A stretch of 63,533 nucleotides of DNA, filler included, from assembly GCA_964501035.1 (NCBI GenBank). It is 6 parts of 6 records of this genome, joined end to end, with 100 filler letters (N's around TTAATTAATTAA, not from the genome) between each part and the next. Parts side by side here need not be neighbours in the genome. Positions count along the whole stretch, not along the records: positions 12,021 to 23,292 come from CAZCRK010000053.1; positions 23,393 to 34,532 come from CAZCRK010000054.1; 4 more parts are not named here. One strand, given 5' to 3'. A program made the position numbers and the translations under genes. Under the pieces are notes generated by a model. It saw only the letters and a list, made by a program, of their open reading frames with translations. It made no database searches and had not been told where the DNA came from. Position 1 is the stretch's first letter. Each line of letters begins with the position of its first letter. Shown one piece after another: positions 20,009 through 30,400 of the stretch.

Positions 20009-22489
20009 ATGCAAAAACTGATAATATGGATATTATTTCTTACTTTTGTTTTTGGAGCAAGTCCAAAAGTAAAGTTAAAATACCCTAAAGCTCATTCAAA
20101 ACTTAAAGTAAATGAAATTGTAGAGATTAGATGGTCATCTAAAAGAAACTCATCAGATATGGTTGCCTTGTTTTATTCAGTAGATAATAAGAAGAACTGG
20201 AATCCTATCTCTGTTACTATAGATGATGGGTCCTTTGATTGGGTTGTACCACAACATAATAGTGATTCTTGTTTTATGAAAGTTAAATTGTTTGACCAAG
20301 AGATAGAAGATGTTTCCCAATCACCTTTCACAATAAATGGCCCATTTTTAAGGTTAGTTTTTCCAAACGGTGGTGAGGTATTTAAGGGTTTAGATGAAGT
20401 AAAGTTAGTTTGGGAATCTTCAGAAATCCAAAATGATATTCAAATTTATTATTCCTGCAATAAAAGTTATGTTTGGGAGAATATTTCGACTGTTAATGTT
20501 GATTTGGGGCATTACTACTGGGTCATTCCTGAAGTGGCACAAAGCCAACCAATTTGCAATGTAAAAATTGAATCAACAGATGAAATTTTTGATATAACAG
20601 ATAACTCTTTCAGTATTGAAAGTAAAATTCCAGAAATTAAAATAATATCACCCCAAATAGGTGGAATTTATCCAGATAATAAACCAATTGATATTTCTTG
20701 GGAAACAACCAATTTAAATTCAGGTTATGTGAAATTGTTTTATTCAATTGATGGTGGTAATAATTGGAAACGGATTCGGTCTCGAATTAAAGATATGGGA
20801 TCCTTTTTATGGAAAATACCAACTATTGAATCTGAAAAATGTCGTATTAAAATAGTAGATGTAAATAATAACTCTATTTCAGTTAAACACGATGCAGATT
20901 TTTATATTACAGACAAACCAAGTATTGCCATAAAATTTCCAATTAATAATGAAACTATTTCTTCTCAATCAAATGTTAAAATTACATGGGAAAGTGTAAA
21001 AATGGATAATCATTTGATAAACATGTATATTTCATATAATAATGGTTCTACATGGGAAACTATAGGAATGGATTTAGAAAATACCGGAATATATGATTGG
21101 GAAACACCTATCATTGAAGAAAAATCAGGTAATATCTCCTTGAAAATAATGGATGCAAAAAATTCAAATAATTTTTCTCAAGTAAATGGACTAACTATTT
21201 TAGGAAATCCCATAATTGAAATTGTTAAACCAGATGCATCAGGAGTGTTTGAAGCAAATTCTCAATTCAAAATACAGTGGGTAACAATAAATTTTAACCC
21301 TAAAACAGTTGATATTTTTTATACATTAAATAATACTGATTGGATTCCTATTCAATTAGAATCTGCTAATATAGGTACAATATATTGGCAAACGCCAGAC
21401 GATTATTCAAAGCATTGTCAAATAAAAATATCATCAACAGTTGATTCTGAATTGATTTACAGCATTTCTGATCAGTTTACTATTACAAATTATCCTTCAA
21501 TTATGTTTAGTCCTGTAGATATTGATCATGTAGCACCATCAACTCGTGTTGAATGTGATTGGGAAGTAATGAATTTATCTGATAGAAATTATAATATTTA
21601 TTTCAAATCAAATAAAAGTCCAAATTGGCAATTTATTAGAAATGTAAAGGGAATAGAAAAATATGTATGGGAAGTACCTGAGTTAAAATATAAAGAAGAT
21701 TATTTTTTAAAAGTAGAAAGTAATTCTAATCACTTAGTGTATGATGTTTCTGAAAAAATTTCAGTTTTAGGTGAACCTTGGATAGAAATTATCAATCCCA
21801 AATTCGAAGAAGATTTTTCAACAGATATTCCAGTTTTGATAAAATGGAACCATGGTAATTTAAAGTCATTATTATTTGATGTATTATTTTCTAAAGATAA
21901 TGGTCAAGTATGGGTACCAATTATGACTAATGTTTCTGAAATGAATGAAATAAATTGGAATGTTTCTGAATTTTACCAGAATGAAGACATCAGTTTAAGA
22001 ATATCAGCTTCTGATAATCATTCTATTTTTAATGAAGTCTCCATAAAGATAAATGTACCCAAAAGACCTTCTGTTGACATTGAAAAAATTGTAAAAATTG
22101 TGGATGAAACAAAATCTGTAACCCAAGTAATTGAACCAACTACAGTTAAAGAAGAAATTATCAAAACCGTAAATACTGACAAGGTTAAAGAAGCACAAAA
22201 ATACTTTGAAATTATTGCACCAAATGGGGGTGAAAAGATTGCTTCAAAAAAAACCACATACATTATGTGGGAAACGTTAACATCAATTAATAGTGTGGAT
22301 ATTTATTATACATTAGATGGAGGCAAAAACTGGATACTAGTAGAATCATCCTTAAAAAATAATGGACAATTTATATGGAAAGCACCAAGCGTAACTAAAA
22401 CCTCAAAGCAATGTAAAATAAAAGTGCAACAGGCAAGTACTTCAAAAAAATATGATACTTCAGATGCTTTTTTTACTATAACAAAATAA
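20009..22489 (+). CDS. Secreted protein with about 8 tandem Ig-like (PNGGE/Kre9-like) domains
   Basis: Signal peptide; repeated P(NGGE)..I.W...V.LFYS.DGG.NW..I...G.F.W..P..C.IKI units. Confidence 0.75.
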   Translation: MQKLIIWILFLTFVFGASPKVKLKYPKAHSKLKVNEIVEIRWSSKRNSSDMVALFYSVDNKKNWNPISVTIDDGSFDWVVPQHNSDSCFMKVKLFDQEIEDVSQSPFTINGPFLRLVFPNGGEVFKGLDEVKLVWESSEIQNDIQIYYSCNKSYVWENISTVNVDLGHYYWVIPEVAQSQPICNVKIESTDEIFDITDNSFSIESKIPEIKIISPQIGGIYPDNKPIDISWETTNLNSGYVKLFYSIDGGNNWKRIRSRIKDMGSFLWKIPTIESEKCRIKIVDVNNNSISVKHDADFYITDKPSIAIKFPINNETISSQSNVKITWESVKMDNHLINMYISYNNGSTWETIGMDLENTGIYDWETPIIEEKSGNISLKIMDAKNSNNFSQVNGLTILGNPIIEIVKPDASGVFEANSQFKIQWVTINFNPKTVDIFYTLNNTDWIPIQLESANIGTIYWQTPDDYSKHCQIKISSTVDSELIYSISDQFTITNYPSIMFSPVDIDHVAPSTRVECDWEVMNLSDRNYNIYFKSNKSPNWQFIRNVKGIEKYVWEVPELKYKEDYFLKVESNSNHLVYDVSEKISVLGEPWIEIINPKFEEDFSTDIPVLIKWNHGNLKSLLFDVLFSKDNGQVWVPIMTNVSEMNEINWNVSEFYQNEDISLRISASDNHSIFNEVSIKINVPKRPSVDIEKIVKIVDETKSVTQVIEPTTVKEEIIKTVNTDKVKEAQKYFEIIAPNGGEKIASKKTTYIMWETLTSINSVDIYYTLDGGKNWILVESSLKNNGQFIWKAPSVTKTSKQCKIKVQQASTSKKYDTSDAFFTITK

Positions 22490-22499
22490 TCTGTAAATT

Positions 22500-23292
22500 A
22501 TGGATATGAAACAACTTTTACTATTACTATTAATCTCGATTAGTTTTTCACAAAATGAAAACCGTTTATCTATAATTGATTTTGTAAATCAAACAAATCA
22601 GTTATCTACAAAAGAAATTTCAATCATTGGAAATAGAATTGAAACGCTTCTAGTACAATCAGATAAATTTCAAGTTATTACCATTACTGAAAGAGATGCA
22701 ATATTAAGTGAACAAAAGTTTCAAAATGCTTCAGGGTGTGTAGATTTGAGTTGTGCAGTAGAGGTAGGACGTTTACTTGGTGCAACATTTATGATTAGTG
22801 GGTCAGTAGGTCAGTTTGGTTCAGCATACGTTATTACTGCTAAAATGTTTAATGTTGAAACAGGTGAAATAGAAAAAGCAGCTGAATATTATACAACCAA
22901 TCATAAAATTGAAGAACTCTTAATTCAAGGTGTCGAAAATATCATTAATCAATTGACTGGTGAAACTACACATTTTGATAACACTATTTCTAATATAGAT
23001 CAAAAAACAAATGAGTTGTATTCTGACACCTTAACTCAAGTCACAATTCATATTACAACCACTCCCAAAAGAGCAAATGCAAGATTATATATTGATGAGC
23101 AATTTATAGGTAAAATTCTTCCTTCGGGGATTGAATTTAACACAAATTCTGGAATACATTGGATTAGAATTGAATCGGAAAAATTTGAAACAATAGAAAA
23201 AGAAATAATCCTAAACAAGATTCGGCCTAAACGAAATATTAAGTTAAAACGTATAAAAACTAATCATCATAATCAAATGATGAATAAAATGA
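22500..23292 (+). CDS. CsgG/HfaB-like + PEGA domain protein (3' partial)
   Basis: ERDAILSEQKFQNASGCVDLSCAVEVGRLLGA; PEGA-like C-terminal part; runs into the linker. Confidence 0.75.
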
Positions 23293-23392
23293 NNNNNNNN
23301 NNNNNNNNNNNNNNNNNNNNNNNNNNNNNNNNNNNNTTAATTAATTAANNNNNNNNNNNNNNNNNNNNNNNNNNNNNNNNNNNNNNNNNNNN
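23293..23392. other. Artificial contig linker
   Basis: N44-TTAATTAATTAA-N44. Confidence 0.97.
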
Positions 23393-23466
23393 AAGAGCCT
23401 CAAGGAAGAAGTTTAGAGGTATTTTCAGCGCTAATTGATGCAGAGTTAAAAAAAGCTAAAAAGTAA
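23393..23466 (+). CDS. 3' end of an unidentified gene
   Basis: EPQGRSLEVFSALIDAELKKAKK* followed by a terminator. Confidence 0.45.
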
Positions 23467-23485
23467 GTTACATCACAAAATTGTT

Positions 23486-23523
23486 AACAAAAGCTCCATA
23501 TTTTAACATATGGAGCTTTTGTT
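23486..23523 (+). terminator. Rho-independent terminator
   Basis: AACAAAAGCTCCATA ... TATGGAGCTTTTGTT inverted repeat. Confidence 0.8.
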
Positions 23524-23579
23524 TTATTAAAGAGAATTGAGTAAATTCAACGACGTGTATTTTAATAGAATTGGGGATT

Positions 23580-24416
23580 ATGTTAAACAAAACATTAATA
23601 ATATGTTTTTTATATTTAGGTGGAATTTTGTTTGCACAAGATGACCCCCCTTTAGGATTTGAATTTGAATCTTCAACACAACTTGGGTTTTATATCTTTG
23701 AAAATGTTCACATCAATGGAGTTCAAATACAAGAAGATGATTGGGTGGCATCATTTAAATGCAATCAATGGGAATCTATTCCAGGGGAATGTTTAGAATT
23801 AGGACCATGTGTAGGAGCACGTCAATGGGGAGAATGTGCAGAAAATACTTCGTATCCAGTTTGCGATGTACCAGCGTTTGGCGACGATGGAAGTGATTTA
23901 ACGGATGGATATATGACAACAGGGCAAGTTCCCCTTTTCAAAATTTATAGTGTTTCATTAAATCAATTTTTTGAAGCTACACCCTCGTCATACATACCAT
24001 GGCAATATTTGCAATCACCTGTTATTGAGTCTTTGGATACGTTTGATGAGAATATTGAAGGATGTACAGATCCTTATTATGAAGAATTTAATCCGTATGC
24101 TGTGATTGATGATGGAAGTTGTGGATTATCAAATAATATCAATATGCCATCAGAATTGACATTGAATAGTATATATCCAAACCCATTTAATCCTTCCACC
24201 ACTATTCATTTTAGTATGAAAGATTATTCTAAGGTAGATATAAATATTTATAATGTAAAAGGTCAATTGATCGAAAATTTATTTTCCAATACATTGAATA
24301 TGGGTGAATATTCTGTTGTGTGGAATCCATCAAGTAGTATTGGAAGTGGAATTTATTTTGTAAAAATGACAACTATAAGTGGTGTATTGTTACAAAGTGT
24401 TACGTATATTAGATAA
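23580..24416 (+). CDS. Secreted protein with C-terminal T9SS type A/FlgD-like sorting domain
   Basis: Signal peptide; GCTDP..NP.A.IDDGSC; YPNPFNPSTTI...IYNVKGQ...SGIYFV. Confidence 0.85.
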   Translation: MLNKTLIICFLYLGGILFAQDDPPLGFEFESSTQLGFYIFENVHINGVQIQEDDWVASFKCNQWESIPGECLELGPCVGARQWGECAENTSYPVCDVPAFGDDGSDLTDGYMTTGQVPLFKIYSVSLNQFFEATPSSYIPWQYLQSPVIESLDTFDENIEGCTDPYYEEFNPYAVIDDGSCGLSNNINMPSELTLNSIYPNPFNPSTTIHFSMKDYSKVDINIYNVKGQLIENLFSNTLNMGEYSVVWNPSSSIGSGIYFVKMTTISGVLLQSVTYIR

Positions 24417-24497
24417 ACTTTGTGATTAATATCATATAAGTATTTATCAAGGCAAATTAACTTTTAATGAGTTCAGGTATTTAATTAGACAGGTAGT

Positions 24498-27400
24498 ATG
24501 AAAAATTATTTAATTATTTTAACATTAGTTATCACGAGTTTGTTTGCTCAAAATCCACCAAATGGATTTGAGTTTAACATATCTAGTCGTCAAGCATTTT
24601 ATTTTTTTGAGTCTGCTTTCATTGAAAATGGTCAATTAGATGAAGATGATTGGATAGGTGCGTTTCGGGTTGATGTGGATGAAACACATGGTGGTCTATG
24701 TGAACAATCAGAAATGAACTATGATGAAACGGTAAGTTTAACAGGTGGAATTTGTTATATGGTAGACGTTAACTGCCCTGATGTTGATGGTGACGGATTA
24801 ATAACATCAAATGCTTGTCCTGATGAAAACCAAGATGGGTATTTAACCGAACATGCGTACATGGGATGTGTTGGTGCACGCCAATGGGGCGAATGCCAGA
24901 ATAGAGATTGGTGTGATATACCTGTTATGGGTAATGATGAACAAAGCTATTCACTAAGTTATTTTCCTCATGAAAATATTTATGAAGAAATACCTGAGTT
25001 TAGAATCTTTGATAGTTCGGAAAATGCAGTATATTTTGCAAATCCATCTTCAAATTATCCATATGAAACTGGTCAACTATTTTTTATTGATAGTTTATCA
25101 GTTACATTTGATTGCAATAATGATCTAGGGGGCACTGCAAGTATTGATGCATGTGGGATTTGTTGTGATGGTGATACGGGAGCCGAATGCTCTTATTTTG
25201 AAGATGCTTCATCCTTTGGTGGTGCTTTTGATTGTGCTGGTTATTGTTCTGCAGATTCACCCATAGGATGTGAAGGTGAAAATTGTGGCGAGGCATATAT
25301 CGATGGTTGTGGGGTATGTGTTGGAGGAACTACGGATGAAGAGGATTGTGCTACTGATTGTAATGGTGATTTGAATGGACTTGCAATTTGGGACGATTGT
25401 GGGCAATGTGTTGAAGGCAATACGGGTGCTGATTTTAATTGGGCAATGGACTGTAACAACGATTGTTTTGGAACAGCTATAGTGGATGATTGTGGAGTAT
25501 GTTCCAATGGTTTAACTGAGCATTCCTTTAACCAAGATCTTGATTGTAATGGTGATTGTGCAGAAAATACTCCCGTGAGTTGTGAAGGAGAAGATTGTGG
25601 AACAGCAATAGTGGATGACTGTGGAGTATGTTCCAATGGATTAACTGAGCATTCCTTTAACCAAGATCTTGATTGTAATGGTGATTGTGCAGAAAATACT
25701 CCCGTGAGTTGTGAAGGAGATGATTGCGGAACAGCCGTAGTGGATGACTGTNNNNNNNNNNNNNNNNNNNNNNNNNNNNNNNNNNNNNNNNNNNNNNNNN
25801 NNNNNNNNNNNNNNNNNNNNNNNNNNNNNNNNNNNNNNNNNNNNNNNNNNNCCGTGAGTTGTGAAGGAGATGATTGCGGAACAGCCGTAGTGGATGACTG
25901 TGGAGTATGTTCCAATGGATTAACTGAGCATGAGTTTAATATTGATCTTGATTGTAATGGTGATTGTGCAGAAAGTACTCCCGTGAGTTGTGAAGGAGAT
26001 GATTGCGGAACAGCCGTAGTGGATGACTGTGGAGTTTGCTCTGATGGATTAACCAACCATGAGTTTAATATTGACATTGATTGTCATGGTGAATGTTTTG
26101 GAAATGGTGTGCTAGATGAATGTGGGGTATGTGATGGTGATGATTCATCTTGTAATGCTCCCATTACATCAAATCAAAATGTAGAAACAAGTGAAGATAT
26201 TGAGTTAATTATTTTTCCTGTAATGTCAGATCCAAACAATTATCCATTATCTGTACAGATAACACAAGGCACAGTACATGGGACAGTTGTTTGGCAATCT
26301 CCAGCATTTGTGTATACTCCACATGAAGATTATTATGGTACAGATAGTTTAAAATATATTGCATCTAATTTTTTATGGTCTTCAGAAGAAGCAACCATTT
26401 TTATTTCTATTGATTCTATAAATGATGCTCCGGTTTCTAGTGATGTAAATATTACCACAATTGAAGATAATAGTGTTGAATTTGTTTTACCAGTTTTAGA
26501 TGTAGATAGTCAAATTTCAATTTCAATTGAAGAGTTACCTCAATATGGTTCTATCCAACTTGAAAGTGAATTTGCTGTTTATTCTCCGGATGAAAATTAT
26601 TTTGGGACTGATTCATTTTCCTTTTCAGTTGATGACGGTGAGTATATTTTAGTAAATGATGTTTATATAATTATTCAACCAGAAAATGATATACCCACAT
26701 CTAATGATATTCCTATAAATACCAATGAAGATGAGGACTTCTTCGGAAGTATTACTGTAAATGATGTTGATAATTCACTTGAAGATTTATCTATTATTCT
26801 ACTTGATCAACCTAATTTGGGACAACTATCTATGAATGGTATAGATTTTTCATTCCATCCTAACGACAATGTGTTTGGAATGGAAATGGTTGGATTCAAA
26901 GTGTTTGATGGTATTGCATTATCCGAAGAATACAATTTTGTAATTAATGTGATTTCTGTTAATGATGCACCAGAGATCAATCAAATTTCTGACCAAGAAA
27001 TCAATGAAGATCAAGAATTTAGTCATACGCTCGAAGGATTTGATGCCGATGAAGATAATCTTGAATTCTCAGCTGAAGTGGATGGAAATGCAACCTTTTC
27101 ATTGGATGGCTCTAACCTGATAGTAACTCCAACTCCAGATTGGAGTGGTAGTATAATTGTTACAACAAGCGTGACGGATGGCAGCCTAAGTGATGAAATA
27201 GAATTTAATATTTTAGTTCAACCTGTTAATGATGCACCAATTTTTGTTACCTCTAGTTTAGCTGACGCTAATGAAGATGAATTTTATTCGCAAATTATCA
27301 ACATTTCTGATATCGATAATGATTTACAAGATCTTGTTATTAATTTAGAACAACATCCTATTTGGATTGAATTGGTTGAAGATGAATTGCAAGGCATACC

Positions 27401-30400
27401 AAATAATTTACAAATTGGGGAAGAGACAGTAACATTATCAGTTACAGATGGTCTTTTGATTAATACTCTCCAATTCGAACTATTAGTGAATGAAGTGAAT
27501 GATATCCCCATTGCTCTAAATATAAATTCTCAATTAAACGAAGATGATTCATTGGATTTGTTGTTGTTTGGCACGGATGAGGAAACACCAGCTGGTTTGG
27601 TGTTTGAGATTGTAGATTCTCCCGAAAATGGACTTGTTTCATTTGATAATAGAGCAATAGAAACAATAACCTACACTCCTAACACAAACTATTTTGGTTT
27701 TGATTCTTTTAGTTATGTTGTAAGTGACGGTGACAATACTTCAGATACAGCATTTGTTGATTTAATTATAAATCCAGTTAATGACGCCCCTTATTTTGTA
27801 ACTTCAATTGATGATCTTCCTTTGTTTGTTGAGGATATTGTAGAAGAAGTTCTAATATATTTTGAAGATATTGATAATGATGTAGAGAATTTAACTTTTG
27901 ATATTGTGTTCGCACCAACTTGGATCTCCATTAACGATAATCAACTCGTTGTACACCCATTTAATAATGGTAATGAAGTTACAAATACAGATATTTCACT
28001 ATCTATAAGTGATGGTGAATTAGAAGTCATTCGGAATTTTACCATTCAAGTAGAACCTGTGAATGACCCTCCAATTTCTTCAAATATTTCAACCTTTGTT
28101 ACCGAAGATGAATCTTTAACTCTCTCTCTCTTTGGAGTAGATGAAGATTCTGAATTTCTTACTTTTGAGATTTTTTCAAATCCGTTATATGGTTCTGTAC
28201 AACTGTTAAATGATGAAATTATATATACACCGTATGTAGATAATGATATATCTGATTCCTTTGAGTATGTTGTTTTTGATGGTGAGTTATATTCAGAACC
28301 TTCATTAGTTACAGTTGAGATAATTCCAGTAAACGATCCACCTTCAGTTAATGAATCCGTAGAGTTTGAAGTGTTATCTGAAAATCAATTTCAATTTGAA
28401 TTATCAAGTTTTTTTAATGATATTGATTCACCCAATGAAGACCTAATCGTAACATTTTTACCTCATGGAAATGGTGATAATATTGTTGGAATGACATTTG
28501 GTTCTGGTCAAATTGAGAATGTTTTAAATGAGGACTTTACATATATATATAACCGAACACCATTATCGTTAGATGCTGATTATATTTTATATAAAGTAAG
28601 TGATGGATTAGCTGAATCTACTTTAGGACTTATCACTTTTGTCTTAAATGAAAATAGAAATGTAAATAGTAGAGGAATAATACAATCAGTACCTCAAAAT
28701 ATTGATGTAACTGAAGATACTCCCATTGAATTAAGTTTAGTTGCTTATAATTCAAATCCTCTTGATATCGACCAGAATTTTCCATCAGATGGAGTTGGAA
28801 TAATATATGAGATTATTGATTTTCCAAATCATGGTAATCTAACCGATTTTGTTCTCACACCCAATGAAGAAAATGATGGATATATAGTACTATCTGGATC
28901 ATATTCTAGTCATTCTGATTATGGTGATGATATAGGAATTGATGAATTTCGAGAAGATATATTTTGTGATGATAGTGGGTTAGATTCGTTATCATATTCA
29001 ATTTATAACCCAAATACAGATACTTGGACAGATACTGTGAATATTTCATTTTGTGTGCATGGTGTTAACGATTTACCAGTATTTTTAAATATAATAGACA
29101 AAACAATAGATGAGGATGAAGTTTTAGGTATACCACTTGAAGTTAATCCGGGTTATTCTGAAGGTAGTCTAGATATCAATCCAGTTTCTATTTCAGTGTT
29201 TGATCCAGATACTTCCTATAATTATATTGATTTCTCATTTAATTCTATGGAAAATTTATTTACATTTGAAATTTCTGAAGCAAGTGACTCGGTATATGTG
29301 TACCCACTAGAAAATTATTTTGGAACTTCACAAATACAGGTTTCTATTTCTGAAAATTATGACTTTGATTTGGATGGATTTCCTGATTTTTCAGATACTC
29401 CTGACCCACCATTAGAAAGCTCTACTGTTTTTGATATTGAAGTTATTCCAGTTAATGATCCACCAATTGTATCAAGTATTGCTGATCAGTTAATTATGGA
29501 AGAGTCAACCATAACCATTGATTTGTTTTCATTTGATATTGATTCAGAGGGTCCATTTACATATGAAATTAGCGATATTGATACTTCCTTACTTATGTAT
29601 GAAGTCACTAATAGTCAATTAACTTTAAGTGCACAAGCAAATCAAGTTGGAAACACTAATATTCAAGTTATTGTGAGTGATGGGGAGTTAGTTTCAGATC
29701 CAGAAAACTTTCAAGTAACTATTCAAAATGTAAATGATAGCCCCATATTATCTGCGATTGAAAATCCAAGTTCAATTTTAGAAGATAGTGGAAGTATAGT
29801 GGTTGATATAATCCCAATTGATAATGATTCATTAGATTCACTAGCAGTTATTTTAACAAGTTCAAATCAGTTGTTATTACCAGCAGAAAATATAAGTGTA
29901 ACACCAATGAATGCATTAACACATGCTTCACGGATAATAACTCTAACACCAACATTGAATCACTTTGGAACATCAGATATTATGGTTGAAGTTACAGATG
30001 GCACTTTATCAACAATACAACAATTCTCCATTTTTGTAGAATCAGTAAATGATGCACCTGTCATAATTCCTATTGATTCAGTTGAGATGAATGAAGATTC
30101 GAATTTCTCAATTTTGTTAAGTGCAACGGATGTTGATAATACTTCGCTTGAGTTTAGCGTCAACGACAATGAAAATTTTGTATGTCTATTGGATAATAAT
30201 CTTTTAACCATTGTTCCAAATAATAATTATTTTGGCTCAGATTCATTAGATGTTTTAGTAACTGATGAACATGGTGCATTTGATCAAACCGAGTTAATTA
30301 TCAACATACTCCCCGTTAATGATGCACCAGAATTGCTCCCTATAGGTGATATTGTATTTAACGAAGATAGCTCTATTGAAGTAGAGTTGTTCTCAATAGA

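Noticed and set aside
25241..26077. 278-aa Ser/Gln-rich antisense ORF (and similar ones at 44495 and 45128)
   Set aside because: These are reverse-strand shadows of Cys/Asp repeats with no independent coding evidence.
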